Virus record (IMG/VR): IMGVR_UViG_3300024999_000036 | Direction: 5' to 3' (one strand) | Length of the DNA: 64,000 nt | DNA from: an uncultured virus (IMG/VR IMGVR_UViG_3300024999_000036) | Taxonomy: Duplodnaviria; Heunggongvirae; Uroviricota; Caudoviricetes | In this document: positions 1 through 10,784 of the stretch, piece by piece | How the letters are laid out: every line of letters starts with the position of its first letter | How positions within the stretch are numbered: the stretch's first letter is position 1 | Position numbers and translations under genes: made by a program | The notes under the pieces: generated by a model | What the model saw: the letters and a program-made list of their open reading frames with translations, nothing else | Told to the model about the DNA's origin: nothing | Databases searched by the model: none

Positions 1-111
1 AATAAGTATTTTTATTGGATAATCCATAAAACTTCTACATATTGTACCACCTGCATATGTAGTATGTCTTGTACGAACTACCTTTTTACCAATTAATTGT
101 TCAGCTTTCAT
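1..111 (-). CDS. hypothetical protein, partial (runs off window start)
   Basis: ATG at 111 after AAGGAGG; frame open to position 1. Confidence 0.6.
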   Translation of the reverse strand, partial: MKAEQLIGKKVVRTRHTTYAGGTICRSFMDYPIKILI

Positions 112-143
112 GTTAATATTCCTCCTTGTTTTTTATTTTATAT

Positions 144-392
144 TTACTCACCAACAACAATCCATACTCTCTTGTGTCCAATTTTTATTTCCTCAAAATC
201 TAGTTTATCCAATGTTCTCCACAAATCTGGTCTGTTCTTGCGTAATTGTGAGGTTGATTTAAAGAATCCATGCTTTACTAACAACTTAGGCAGGAATCTT
301 TCTTCATCTGTTATTGTGATTTCAGATTGTGTTATACCTAGTAGAATTAGATTAACTAATGGAATGCCAATTATTATGTTGTTTGGTTGCAT
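144..392 (-). CDS. small protein resembling the S4-like C-terminal domain of TyrRS
   Basis: LLVKHGFFKSTSQLRK...IKIGHKR pattern; GAGGAG RBS before ATG 392. Confidence 0.45.
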   Translation of the reverse strand: MQPNNIIIGIPLVNLILLGITQSEITITDEERFLPKLLVKHGFFKSTSQLRKNRPDLWRTLDKLDFEEIKIGHKRVWIVVGE

Positions 393-419
393 TTTATTAT
401 CTCCTCTGTTCATTATAAA

Positions 420-611
420 TTACTTCATTACCTCACAAGGCATACAAGGAGATGAAAAACCACACCTTAAAGCACATTTAATACAATCATTCTTCTCTTT
501 TATAAGTTTTTCCTCAGTTAGAGTATTTTTATCTGATACATTAAAACAACATTCCCTTATTTCTTCACCTTTATTATAAATTATGCCAGTGTATTTTCCT
601 ACTTTAAACAT
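420..611 (-). CDS. hypothetical Cys-rich protein
   Basis: ORF with AGGAGG RBS. Confidence 0.6.
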   Translation of the reverse strand: MFKVGKYTGIIYNKGEEIRECCFNVSDKNTLTEEKLIKEKNDCIKCALRCGFSSPCMPCEVMK

Positions 612-638
612 TATATTTCCTCCTATTATATTTATTAT

Positions 639-830
639 TTAACCCTTAATTTCAAGCAGTATTTTATTCTTGCAAACATTACACAAATAAATCACATCAT
701 GAGATGGGTAAAACAATCTCACTTCATACATTGACTCAATTTGTAGACTTGCACTTGATTCATCACATGATATACAGTCCCTAAGTTTTTCGTTGTCAAC
801 ATCAATTTTTCTAATATCAAATAAATTCAT
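639..830 (-). CDS. hypothetical zinc-ribbon protein
   Basis: CxxC...CxxC; AGGAGG RBS. Confidence 0.6.
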   Translation of the reverse strand: MNLFDIRKIDVDNEKLRDCISCDESSASLQIESMYEVRLFYPSHDVIYLCNVCKNKILLEIKG

Positions 831-895
831 TTTAAATCCTCCTTTTAAATTTGTTGTTGTTATTCAATCTGTTAATACCAAATTATCTTTTCATC

Positions 896-1105
896 TTATT
901 TTAAATCAATACATTCAACATTATTAAAATTAATTATTTTATTATTTAATGCCAGCAATCCATTATCTTTTGTATTATTGTATATCATATTTTTAACTCT
1001 GATAATAAATTCTTCCTTTTGAGATTGTTCTTTATATTCATCAAACCATATATAACAAGTATCTTTACTACCACTTTTATATTGAATATCTATTATTATA
1101 TTCAT
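896..1105 (-). CDS. hypothetical protein
   Basis: GGGAG RBS; ATGA overlap with upstream gene. Confidence 0.6.
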   Translation of the reverse strand: MNIIIDIQYKSGSKDTCYIWFDEYKEQSQKEEFIIRVKNMIYNNTKDNGLLALNNKIINFNNVECIDLK

Positions 1106-1473
1106 TCAATTATCTCCCTTTTTATTATATCACTAATTATTTTAGGTTTAAAATCATTTTTATTTGAATTTAATCCAAGTGCTTTACATATTTTTTCATA
1201 CGAACATGCACTTCTACTATCATCTTTTCTGCTCAATGGATTACTATAAACCCTTCTAACACGTTTACTTTGTCTATCTGCAATAATTACAATACCATTG
1301 AATTCATGCTTATATATGCTATTCTCTTGATCAACTAATTCTTTTCTCCAGTTAGTTGCTATGATCATAGCAGTTAGTTTTCTTTTGACAATTGGTATAG
1401 TTAAGTTATTAAACTTAATACGAAGATTTTTGAATTGATTAGCTACTTTGGTAGGAACATAGTATAGGCACAT
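1102..1473 (-). CDS. hypothetical protein
   Basis: 123-aa ORF with AGGAGG RBS. Confidence 0.7.
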   Translation of the reverse strand: MCLYYVPTKVANQFKNLRIKFNNLTIPIVKRKLTAMIIATNWRKELVDQENSIYKHEFNGIVIIADRQSKRVRRVYSNPLSRKDDSRSACSYEKICKALGLNSNKNDFKPKIISDIIKREIIE

Positions 1474-1702
1474 GAAATTGTCCTCCTGTTTAATAACTTA
1501 TTTAAGCATATCTCTTATTTCTTTACCTGCAAAGAAAAATACAAAACTTAAAACAAAGAATAAAAATGAGAGTAAATAATTTCCTACATCAAATTGATCA
1601 TATCCATTTTTAAAAATAACACCAGAGATAATAATTAATGGAGCAGTTAAAACAATTGACAATATTTTATTTTTCATATTTATATTCTCACTCCTTAATT
1701 AA

Positions 1703-2113
1703 TTATATTGCTTTACGATTCAACGGAACAACCTTATTTAATTCCATACTTTCTAGTACTCTTGGTCTATATACCTTATTTTCTTTTAAACTCAATAATT
1801 CTCCATCTTGTCGTTTAATATTATTATATGTATTTTCTAAATTTATAATATTCTTATCAATAAATGTTTTCTTGAGATTAATCATGGTTTCCAGCTCAAT
1901 TTTAAAATCTCTTCTATCATTTCTTATATCTTTAATTTTCTTAGATAATTTGTAACCTTGCACAACATTGAATTTTTCATTTTCAATAATATGTAGAAAA
2001 TCTTGTTCTAACCATTGCAAATAATGAAGTTGATATTTAAAATATTCTACATCATTGTTAATGTTATCATATATTTCTAGTAATTGTTCGGTGTATCTTT
2101 TTGCTTTGCACAT
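1703..2113 (-). CDS. phage coiled-coil hypothetical protein
   Basis: 136 aa; AAGGAG RBS; LHIIE...QGYKL..K.K..R..RR pattern common in Firmicute phages. Confidence 0.7.
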   Translation of the reverse strand: MCKAKRYTEQLLEIYDNINNDVEYFKYQLHYLQWLEQDFLHIIENEKFNVVQGYKLSKKIKDIRNDRRDFKIELETMINLKKTFIDKNIINLENTYNNIKRQDGELLSLKENKVYRPRVLESMELNKVVPLNRKAI

Positions 2114-2131
2114 TTATATCGCTCCTTGTGT

Positions 2132-2410
2132 TTACCATTTACCAGTTTTTAGTTTATTATTTATTCTTTTTATAATCTTCATTTGCTGTTGATAGTAATC
2201 AAAATTAAATTCTTTATCTGATTCCATAATTTTTAGATATTCTTTATAATCATATTTTTCAGGCATTGGATTCACATTACATGAATTATGTTTTCTCCAT
2301 GTAATAATCTCCATAGTTAAAGGATTAAAACTAACTTCTAACCATGCTTTTGTACCAGTTAATGATATTTGATAAAATCCTAATTGTTTTGTGCAATTTA
2401 ATTTAGTCAT
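2132..2410 (-). CDS. hypothetical protein
   Basis: GAGG RBS; own sigmaA promoter upstream. Confidence 0.65.
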   Translation of the reverse strand: MTKLNCTKQLGFYQISLTGTKAWLEVSFNPLTMEIITWRKHNSCNVNPMPEKYDYKEYLKIMESDKEFNFDYYQQQMKIIKRINNKLKTGKW

Positions 2411-2444
2411 ATGTATTACCTCACTTATTATTCTCTTCTAACTA

Positions 2445-2476
2445 TATTATATCACACATGCTTGACTTATGGCAAC
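2445..2476 (-). promoter_or_regulatory. sigmaA-type promoter with extended -10 (representative of many in the left arm)
   Basis: minus strand TTGCCA-17-TATAAT with TG extension. Confidence 0.7.
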
Positions 2477-2524
2477 TATTATTTTATATTTTTGTTAAGT
2501 TTATTAAAACTAATTAAATATCTA

Positions 2525-3181
2525 TTACGCTGTCATCTTTTTTAATAACTTCTTATCAGTCCTATAACCTACACCATTTCTAGTCTGTGCTGAAATAATT
2601 TTCTTCTCGTTCACAAGTCCTTCAAATATGTCTGCTATATATTGCCAATCAATATTACTAGATGAATAAACACCTATATAATGTGATAGTCTCTTAATTC
2701 TGTATTTATCTAAAACCTTTTTAATTTGACTCATATTATTTGTTATATATAGATTGCTTCGTTTAGTCTTATATACTTCCATAATATCTAATTTTATTTC
2801 TTGTCTTTTTGATTCCAGTATGTTTAAATATTCTTTATCTGTTATATCAAATACTTCCTCGTAGATGTCTGTTTTACGCAATTCAAATATATTACTATCA
2901 CTTAAAAGTTGTTCAATGTAAGAAATATTCTCTTCTAACACTATTCCGCTAAAACTTTGTGGATGTAAGTATAATTCCTGTTTGTCTTTAGTTATTTTAT
3001 TACAACCGCCATTGCTTTTATATTTATCTTCTTTTAACTGCCAACCATCATTAAGGAAAATATTTAATACTTTAGAATGAAAAGATTCACTATCTTGTTG
3101 ATTCTTAAAACCTACTCCGTTATTGTTATAATACATAGGTGTCTCAATTCTAAAGTATACTTCCTTGTAAGTTTTCATCAT
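2525..3181 (-). CDS. hypothetical protein
   Basis: 218-aa ORF with AAGGAG RBS. Confidence 0.75.
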   Translation of the reverse strand: MMKTYKEVYFRIETPMYYNNNGVGFKNQQDSESFHSKVLNIFLNDGWQLKEDKYKSNGGCNKITKDKQELYLHPQSFSGIVLEENISYIEQLLSDSNIFELRKTDIYEEVFDITDKEYLNILESKRQEIKLDIMEVYKTKRSNLYITNNMSQIKKVLDKYRIKRLSHYIGVYSSSNIDWQYIADIFEGLVNEKKIISAQTRNGVGYRTDKKLLKKMTA

Positions 3182-3223
3182 TGTAGCACTCTCCTTATGT
3201 GTAATGTTATTTTGTCTTTTAAA

Positions 3224-3415
3224 CTAACTCCAATAAACTAACACATCACCATCTGCACCCCTACACTTCAATATATACTCTGCTGATTCTCTCCAATCAA
3301 GTGACATATCGTATAAATCAAACTTTGTTATACTGTCTAGTAATTCTAAAATTTCTTTATTTGTTAATTTGAGAAGGGTGTTTCTATTTAAGATGAAGTC
3401 CATAATTAGCGACAA
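3224..3415 (-). CDS. hypothetical protein
   Basis: ORF with RBS and upstream promoter. Confidence 0.5.
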   Translation of the reverse strand: MSLIMDFILNRNTLLKLTNKEILELLDSITKFDLYDMSLDWRESAEYILKCRGADGDVLVYWS

Positions 3416-3530
3416 CTCCTTTTCTTTTTTTTATTTTAGTATTCTATTAAATTAATAATACCACATCTGAATTGAAAAAGCAATAGGTTTTTAAAGAAAT
3501 AATTAGTTAGATTTCATTTATTTTTATTTA

Positions 3531-3989
3531 TTATTTTGCATATGGATTTTCACTTTTAACAAACCAAGTCCAGTTAATATTCTCTGCATCCACAACTGTC
3601 AATCTGCCTTTGCTATCATAACCTGCATTATCTGCTTGATCTAACACTGGAATTAACTTTGTAACTTCATTTAATGCTTCAACGCTCATATTAACTATCT
3701 CATATACATACCATAAACCATAATCCTCTTCATATTCATATACTTCTGGAAATTGTACACAACATTCTCTATTTTTAATGTTTTGATATAAAGTAACTTC
3801 TTCATAGTTAATACAAGATGCCCTTATTGTTTTTGCTACTTTTAAACATTTTGTATCTGATAATTTATAAACTATACGATCCATTCCTTCGCCCAATACT
3901 TCTAAATCACAATCTATTTTTTCTATGTAGTTTCTATCCTTGTCTAATGTAATAGTTAAAATGTCTTTGTATTTGAAGATATTTTTCAT
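3531..3989 (-). CDS. miniature protein-kinase-like protein
   Basis: LGEGMDRIVY Gly-loop, CLKVAK Lys, NYEE helix C, DNAG and VVD motifs. Confidence 0.6.
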   Translation of the reverse strand: MKNIFKYKDILTITLDKDRNYIEKIDCDLEVLGEGMDRIVYKLSDTKCLKVAKTIRASCINYEEVTLYQNIKNRECCVQFPEVYEYEEDYGLWYVYEIVNMSVEALNEVTKLIPVLDQADNAGYDSKGRLTVVDAENINWTWFVKSENPYAK

Positions 3990-4080
3990 ATTGCTTGCCT
4001 CCAAGTTTTTTATATTATTATTCTTATTATAGCATGATTTAATTAAAAATACAAGAGATTAAACAAAAGAAAAAGAGACT

Positions 4081-4245
4081 TTATTCAGTCTCTATAGTTC
4101 TAATTTCTATATCATATGCTGTTGGTAATGCTTTGACTATCTTTTTGACTTCTTCTGCATCATCTCTGGTATACCCTGCTGGCTCATACCATTTATCTCA
4201 TGTTTTATTATTTTTGTCTTTATAATATACTCTATATTCAGTCAT
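4081..4245 (-). pseudogene. small ORF interrupted by in-frame TGA (4198-4200)
   Basis: AAGGAGG RBS, ATG 4245; frame continues 38 codons past the TGA to TAA at 4081. Confidence 0.5.
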
Positions 4246-4417
4246 TAATATAACCTCCTTATAGTTTATTACTTATTATATTAAACTAATATTATAATAA
4301 TGTCATGTTTTAATTCGTGAGAAAATATCTGTTTTATAAAAAATATGAGGTTGTAAATTATTTATCAGTAATACAACCTCATATTAATCAATTTACTAAT
4401 TATAATTTAATCAAATT

Positions 4418-5347
4418 TTATCTTTTAATCTTCATTCCTCCTAAGATTTTACTACTTGCAACTTCATTTTGTGATTCATCATAAATTGACAATACACAAG
4501 TTGAATCATCCATGTTTTTAATAATTTGTGTAAATGATTTAAGCATCTGCTCTGAAAAATACTGTTTTTCACTTTCCGACATTAAATACCATGAATTAGA
4601 AACATGCATAACAATAATCCCCTTATCTGGATGTTCTACGTTTAAAATAGCTCCTTTCGAACTACTTTTAATTTGATTTACCATTTGATTAAATAATTCA
4701 TTCTTTTTATTTTCCACCACTTCTTTTGATGGATATGGAATATCAAATGTAATCGTTGCTATTTTCCCCTTAATTCCATCCTTAAAATTAGCTTCTTTTG
4801 CATTTTCACCTTCAAGCTTTTCTCCACGCTGTCCATATATTTCTTTCACATTGTCGGGTTGCTTAATAGAATCCGCATTAAATTGAAATGTAATCATACC
4901 AGCATAATTTTTAATATCGGTATTAGTAAGCTTGAATGTACTAGATATCTTTTTATCCTTAACTATAGGCTTATCATTATATACTTCCTTAAAATTAGCA
5001 GACAATAAGGAAATTTGCATTATAGCTCCATCTGGACAGTTAATATTTGCTTCAATAGTTATATTGCCATCACTACATATTGTATTTATGTTAGGCTCAA
5101 ATTTTAAAGTATAAGATTCTTTAACAGATTCATTTTTTACTTTTTTATTTTGGTCAGACACAATAGTTTTATCAGTAGTTTTATTATCGTTTTCTCCACT
5201 AAATGAAGCAAATATTATAAGTGCAACAAATATATATCCAATACTTGCGACAACCTTTTTCCATTTCTTACCTGACCTAAAACCTAATATTCTAAACTTT
5301 GCTTTTTCTTTTTGTTCGTCTTCCTTAACTTTTAAATCATCTGTCAT
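4418..5347 (-). CDS. membrane-anchored extracytoplasmic protein (moron-like)
   Basis: N-terminal GFRSGKKWKK plus TM helix; own promoter; downstream inverted repeat 4344-4384. Confidence 0.75.
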   Translation of the reverse strand: MTDDLKVKEDEQKEKAKFRILGFRSGKKWKKVVASIGYIFVALIIFASFSGENDNKTTDKTIVSDQNKKVKNESVKESYTLKFEPNINTICSDGNITIEANINCPDGAIMQISLLSANFKEVYNDKPIVKDKKISSTFKLTNTDIKNYAGMITFQFNADSIKQPDNVKEIYGQRGEKLEGENAKEANFKDGIKGKIATITFDIPYPSKEVVENKKNELFNQMVNQIKSSSKGAILNVEHPDKGIIVMHVSNSWYLMSESEKQYFSEQMLKSFTQIIKNMDDSTCVLSIYDESQNEVASSKILGGMKIKR

Positions 5348-5453
5348 AATAATCCTCTCCTTTTTATATTTATTTTTTATTATTATAACATATTACATAT
5401 AATTGTAAAGTATTATTTTTCAAGGTTTAACTTTTCAGCACAAAAGAAACTTT

Positions 5454-5711
5454 TTATGCAATATACTGTAATATAGTTAATTGTGCTTCGTGATTATAAG
5501 TATTGTTATTATATTTAGTAGCTGTTAATATAGCAATTTCAATATTTTTAAAACCACCTATAACATTAAATACTTCAATTTCTTTATTACTTGTTACATA
5601 CATTTGAACTATAAATAATCCTGTTATTTTATCAAGATATATTTGATTGCCACCTTTACCAACCTTAATAGTTTCACCATTTATTAATTTTGTTAATTGA
5701 TCGTAATTCAT
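5454..5711 (-). CDS. hypothetical protein
   Basis: AGGAGG RBS and promoter. Confidence 0.65.
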   Translation of the reverse strand: MNYDQLTKLINGETIKVGKGGNQIYLDKITGLFIVQMYVTSNKEIEVFNVIGGFKNIEIAILTATKYNNNTYNHEAQLTILQYIA

Positions 5712-6086
5712 ATGTATTACCTCCTTTTATTAATTATAACACATTACAAATATAATTACAATCTATTATTTTATTCTTTTCTTATTTATTCGGAAACTTT
5801 CTAGATAATTATAATTCCTTACTTTACCACTTCTTCATTAAGATAATTCAATACTTTTTCTGGTACATTAAGTTTTTCATTTTTAATGATTCTTAATGCC
5901 CATTTAATGTAATCATTAGAAATTAATTCATAAACTCCTTTTTCTGACTGAATAGACTTTTTAATAAAATTATATGTACTAATCATAATATCAATCTCCT
6001 TCCTTTATTTTAACTACCTCCTGCCATTTCAGACAGGAACGCTTCTGGCCTAAAGTCTATTTATACTCGCCAAGATCGAGTTGATA

Positions 6087-6293
6087 CTAAAGTTTCTTTA
6101 ACATTTCCAATGTACTGCAAGCAATATAAAATGGTGCAAGTGAAACCATTGATTCATTTTTTACCCAATTGTATTGAATAACATCTACATTATCAATTTT
6201 AGTTTTCTTTGCAAGCAATTCAGAACCATCAATTTCAATTCCGCAAGATTTAAAACCTTCAAATAAATACCATTCCTTAGAAATATTATTCAT
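6087..6293 (-). CDS. hypothetical protein
   Basis: AGGAGG RBS; TTGACA promoter. Confidence 0.6.
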   Translation of the reverse strand: MNNISKEWYLFEGFKSCGIEIDGSELLAKKTKIDNVDVIQYNWVKNESMVSLAPFYIACSTLEMLKKL

Positions 6294-6406
6294 AATAATT
6301 TATTCCTCCTTTTATTAATTAGATTAATAATATAATTATATTATACTTCTTTTAATTTGTCAATTCCTAATCCTAAACTAATCAGTATTATTCCAAATTT
6401 TATTTA

Positions 6407-6673
6407 CTATCTCACATAAAATCCTGCATTTGAAACAAATAAAAGTTTAACTACATTTCTAAATCTATTATGTGCCTCCATCAATAATTCATCTTCTAAA
6501 TACTTTATAATAACAGTTCTATGTTTTTGATGATTTTCATATTCTGCGTACTTAGTATATAACTTTCTAAATAACCCTTCTTGGTTCAATGTACCTGAAT
6601 GTTTCCATTCGTAAATCTCATTGCACATAACAATTAGATCACTATCAGAAATTTCTTTTACTATATTGTTCAT
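6407..6673 (-). CDS. hypothetical protein
   Basis: AGGAGG RBS before ATG 6673. Confidence 0.6.
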   Translation of the reverse strand: MNNIVKEISDSDLIVMCNEIYEWKHSGTLNQEGLFRKLYTKYAEYENHQKHRTVIIKYLEDELLMEAHNRFRNVVKLLFVSNAGFYVR

Positions 6674-6905
6674 AATTAATTCCTCCTTTAATTGCATTTT
6701 TCTAAGTAGTTTCTTATATATTATTCAGCACTTTCTTTACTATTTCCAATATACCAATCGTCATTATTCCCAACAATCCAGTATCCTTTTGTCAACCAAT
6801 CATATTTAACTTCAGTTAATTTATGATCTGCTTCTTTTAAAAATGTTACTTAGATATTTGGCAGTCTCTTGTATATCTTTCATAATATAATCCTCCTTTT
6901 TAACA

Positions 6906-7328
6906 TCAAGGTTTAACATTACTCTCACCAGTTAAATACTCTAACAAACTAACCAGACCACTATAATAAACAGGTATGCATTCATCTTTTCTAATAACAG
7001 TTGCAATATATCTATGATTTCCGTCTGTAATAATTGGAATTGGATAAATATTTGAGAATGCACATTGATTATCTAACATTATTGGTTCTATCTTATCAGG
7101 ATTATTTACAAAGTATAAGATTCTACCTATGTGCCATTCCTTATTTGCTTCATCAGTTTTATAAACGTCCGTCCATGAAGTAGCAAATATTTCTTCTTGC
7201 TCTGATATATTATTCTTAATTCCTTCTATAATGTCTTTATAAGCTATTTCAATATTGCCCCATGTAATAGGGAATTTAATATATTGTCGAAGTCTTTTAA
7301 CTTTTATGTAATCAATATTATCTGGCAT
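6906..7328 (-). CDS. ParB/Srx-like N-terminal domain protein
   Basis: PI...IITDGNHRY signature. Confidence 0.65.
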   Translation of the reverse strand: MPDNIDYIKVKRLRQYIKFPITWGNIEIAYKDIIEGIKNNISEQEEIFATSWTDVYKTDEANKEWHIGRILYFVNNPDKIEPIMLDNQCAFSNIYPIPIITDGNHRYIATVIRKDECIPVYYSGLVSLLEYLTGESNVKP

Positions 7329-7332
7329 ATTA

Positions 7333-7521
7333 TTAACCTTCTTTCACTTCAAATCTATTTCTTTCTGGACAATAATCGTTTCTGTCTTTATCTAAATAAT
7401 ATTTAAAATTGATATAATCTAAAAATTGCTTGAATTTTTCTGCTAGATTATCATTATAAATCATAACATAACCTTGTTCTTTGAGAATATCAAAGTGTTT
7501 TTTAATTTCATTATCTATCAT
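7333..7521 (-). CDS. hypothetical protein
   Basis: AGGAGG RBS. Confidence 0.6.
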   Translation of the reverse strand: MIDNEIKKHFDILKEQGYVMIYNDNLAEKFKQFLDYINFKYYLDKDRNDYCPERNRFEVKEG

Positions 7522-7571
7522 TTTTATATACCTCCTTTAATTTTTAATAAAAGTTTTCTTTTGTTATGAAT

Positions 7572-7859
7572 TTACAAATTTAAAAACTTTTCATGGTATT
7601 TATGTAAATAATTCATTATCGCATAAACATCATTATAATTTGCAATATCATTAATCCAATACTTAAATGGAATATATTTGCCATTACTATAATGAAATGA
7701 AATAATACAATTGTCTGTTGCTCCTTCAATGATTGAAGGTATTGGCTCATCATTAATTAATGATTGTATCCTTCTTTCTTTCGAATACTCATCAAATAAT
7801 GTTTTAGAGAAACATTTATTATCTCTTGTAAAACCAAGGAATTTTATTTCTTTAATCAT
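7572..7859 (-). CDS. hypothetical protein
   Basis: AGGAGG RBS before ATG 7859. Confidence 0.6.
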   Translation of the reverse strand: MIKEIKFLGFTRDNKCFSKTLFDEYSKERRIQSLINDEPIPSIIEGATDNCIISFHYSNGKYIPFKYWINDIANYNDVYAIMNYLHKYHEKFLNL

Positions 7860-7860
7860 A

Positions 7861-8157
7861 TTATCCTCCTTTACTTTCCTTATTCCAATGATTCCACCAT
7901 TCCACACTCTTTTTAACATAACCTTTCTTTTTCTTACCTATCGAAGCCACATTTCTTTCCACATTCTTTTCATCTCTTAGACAACCGCATGACTTCGTAT
8001 TACCATTTCTGAGACAATAATACCTTACTACAAACCTATTACCACACTCACATTCTACCAATACTGCTGTATTACGTTTGATAGGTTCAACTTCTTTAAT
8101 AACGGTTAGTCTATCAAATTTTTCACCTATCGTTGGAAAATACTTTTTATTTGCCAT
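7861..8157 (-). CDS. N-terminal DNA-binding repeat of an HNH/AP2 homing endonuclease (no nuclease domain)
   Basis: IGEKFDRLTV...CECGN...LRNGNTKSCGC. Confidence 0.7.
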   Translation of the reverse strand: MANKKYFPTIGEKFDRLTVIKEVEPIKRNTAVLVECECGNRFVVRYYCLRNGNTKSCGCLRDEKNVERNVASIGKKKKGYVKKSVEWWNHWNKESKGG

Positions 8158-8369
8158 TTTATTTACTCCATGTAAATAAGGTTAATTTTTAAGTTTATTC
8201 TTATTTGCTTTTTTCAATTTATAGTAAACAATTGAACATGACAACAATAAGACAATGGATATAATGATGATTAATTTTAGCATTTTATATCTCCTTTTTA
8301 ATTTTATTTTTAATCCAATCTTACCACTTCCGCACACATATATAAAATCAAATGTGCAGAGATAGCAGA

Positions 8370-8885
8370 TTAAAATTCAACGTCATAATCTACATTTTCT
8401 TGCTTTAATCTTTCAATACATTGTTCAAATTGACTTTGCACTTGCTCCTCCATATGGTCATCAATGTCATACTGTTCCATTTCACTGTCAACTCTATTGG
8501 CAATTTCAGTATTCCAATCTCTTAATTCATTTCTTCCATAATATTCAATTTCATTAGCATCAAGGTATTTCTTAAATTCTAGCATTTCATCTGATTCTAA
8601 AATGTTCTTTATTGCTTCGTCCTCTGATTCATTCTCCCAAGGATTAAATCTTTTAAAACTGATAACACAAACTGCATCACCATTCCAAGTATCTTGAGAC
8701 TGCCAATTTTGCTGTTGTGTCTCTGTGCGAATATTACCGTATTTATTAACAATAACATCTTCAGTCATAGAAAATGAGTTGTCGTATACGGTTGTGCAAG
8801 CGTTACGATATGCTTGTCTGCCAGCTTCTAAGATTGTCTCTTCGTGTTGCTCTAGAATCTCAACCCAATTAATTTTTTTAGTCAT
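8370..8885 (-). CDS. hypothetical acidic protein
   Basis: long ORF with AAGGAG RBS. Confidence 0.7.
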   Translation of the reverse strand: MTKKINWVEILEQHEETILEAGRQAYRNACTTVYDNSFSMTEDVIVNKYGNIRTETQQQNWQSQDTWNGDAVCVISFKRFNPWENESEDEAIKNILESDEMLEFKKYLDANEIEYYGRNELRDWNTEIANRVDSEMEQYDIDDHMEEQVQSQFEQCIERLKQENVDYDVEF

Positions 8886-8930
8886 TTTCATCAATCTCCT
8901 TTTCACGATCAAATAATTGTTTTGTTAAAT

Positions 8931-9143
8931 TTAAACAATTTTACCTTCTACTATTTTACATTTAATTTCTTTCTCTTCAGTATTAATTGAAGTAACACTT
9001 ACATCATAACTGTAATGATTATAATCTTTTTCATGCTGATTTATTACTTTTTGCGTAGCTTCTTCTATAGTATTTGCTTCTATTTTCCCTTCATACTCTG
9101 TCCCAAAACCCATACATATTATTTTCCAATTGAATTTTTTCAT
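8931..9143 (-). CDS. hypothetical protein
   Basis: GAGGAGG RBS. Confidence 0.6.
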   Translation of the reverse strand: MKKFNWKIICMGFGTEYEGKIEANTIEEATQKVINQHEKDYNHYSYDVSVTSINTEEKEIKCKIVEGKIV

Positions 9144-9162
9144 TTATAATTCCTCCTCAAAT

Positions 9163-9357
9163 TTAAATTTTCTTTTTCAATTCTTCTAAATCAATATTCA
9201 AAACCTTTGCAATCTTTAGCAATTCATCACCCTTAATAGTATTCCTGGTTAACTTATCAAAGAAAGTTTTATACTTCATATCTATCTGCTCTGCTACCCA
9301 AACTTTTGTCCTGCCTTGTTGCTCAATAACTGAGGAAATGTAATCTGCTAGATTCAT
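9163..9357 (-). CDS. XRE/Cro-like HTH regulator
   Basis: GRTKVWVAEQIDM...LLKIAKVLNI. Confidence 0.75.
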   Translation of the reverse strand: MNLADYISSVIEQQGRTKVWVAEQIDMKYKTFFDKLTRNTIKGDELLKIAKVLNIDLEELKKKI

Positions 9358-9602
9358 TATTCATCATCCTCTAATTTTTCTGTTCCGCATTCATTTATAA
9401 CATCTATTATTTTATCTGCATCATAATCTTCAATAATATTTTCATCAATACACCATTGTAATAAATCCTCGATCATTACTCTAGCTGCTCTTTTTTCATC
9501 ATCACTCTCAATATTTCTTTGTTCCAATGCTTTGATACAATCTTTTAAATCGTCCTTAGTATTCGCAAACCTACAATAACTCATATTGCTCATGTAATTC
9601 AC
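9357..9602 (-). CDS. phage hypothetical protein
   Basis: MSNMSYCRFxNT..DL.DC motif; RBS. Confidence 0.65.
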   Translation of the reverse strand: MNYMSNMSYCRFANTKDDLKDCIKALEQRNIESDDEKRAARVMIEDLLQWCIDENIIEDYDADKIIDVINECGTEKLEDDE

Positions 9603-10057
9603 TCCTTAGTTATTATTTTGTGTTTCCTTGATTCTTAAATATATTGTATCACAGAATTAAATTTGTGTCAAGATAATTGTTCTTATTTTTCAGATATAAT
9701 TCCGAAGAAAATTTATGAAATATGGATATTTATAACTCCTCCTTTAACAATTCTGATAGTCCAGAATTCTTTTTCATTCATATTATACACCATCCTTATT
9801 ATCTTTAAAATAATTACAATTTTTAAACATTCCCTTACATTTATACTTACATTTATAACATTGACAACAATCACATTTATATTTATTTATACTCTTATCA
9901 GAAGGTATTAAGCATATATTTGTATTTGGAATTAAGCAACATTCTTGTATAAGTTCATCATCATAGTTTTCATATATTTTTCCTGAATGAATACCAATAT
10001 AATTCATATTATACACATCCTTATCTATTATTTAACAAAATCGTTCTTTTATCACGT

Positions 10058-10321
10058 TTATTTAATTATAGTTAATTTATTATTTTTTAACATAATTATA
10101 TACCATCTTTTTGATATTTCGCTTTTTATTTTTGATATAATATCGAGAAAATTCAACCCTTCACTTTCTAAATTACGAATCATCCCATCACGTAAATAAC
10201 CTTTTCTTTCCCACATACTTACTTCTAAAAATAAATGCTTTAAAATATCATTAGAGCAATTTTGAAGATATTCTTGTAAATTTCCTTTATAGTCCTCCAA
10301 TGTTATACACACCCTTCTCAA
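10058..10321 (-). CDS. hypothetical protein
   Basis: ORF on the coding strand. Confidence 0.5.
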   Translation of the reverse strand: MRRVCITLEDYKGNLQEYLQNCSNDILKHLFLEVSMWERKGYLRDGMIRNLESEGLNFLDIISKIKSEISKRWYIIMLKNNKLTIIK

Positions 10322-10784
10322 TTTAATTTTTATATATCCGTCCTATTTAACATTGAACAAAACTGTCCTTTTATACAAAGTTCTACCTACTCACTACAAG
10401 TAACAATTGCAATTTCTTCTCAGGATATTCAACTTTCAGTCTATTAAATTCTTCCTCTGCTCTATCAATAGTGAAGTTTCTAAATTCGGTAATAAATTCT
10501 GTTTTAAAGGTACTAATAACTTCTATTATATACCAATCACCACGAATTAAATCTGCTATCATAATTTATAATCTCCTCCTAATTTATGTATTATTATTTC
10601 ACATAAGGAAATAAATCTCCACTTGTACTGTCATTGCTATACTCTACTTCTAACAATTCATCTTCTTCAAAAATTCTTACACCACCTATGGATTGAATTG
10701 TTATGCCATATTTATTGCTTAGTTCTGATAATTCTTTGGTGAATGCTTCGAATCTTTGTTGTGCTGTCATAGTTAATATCTCCT

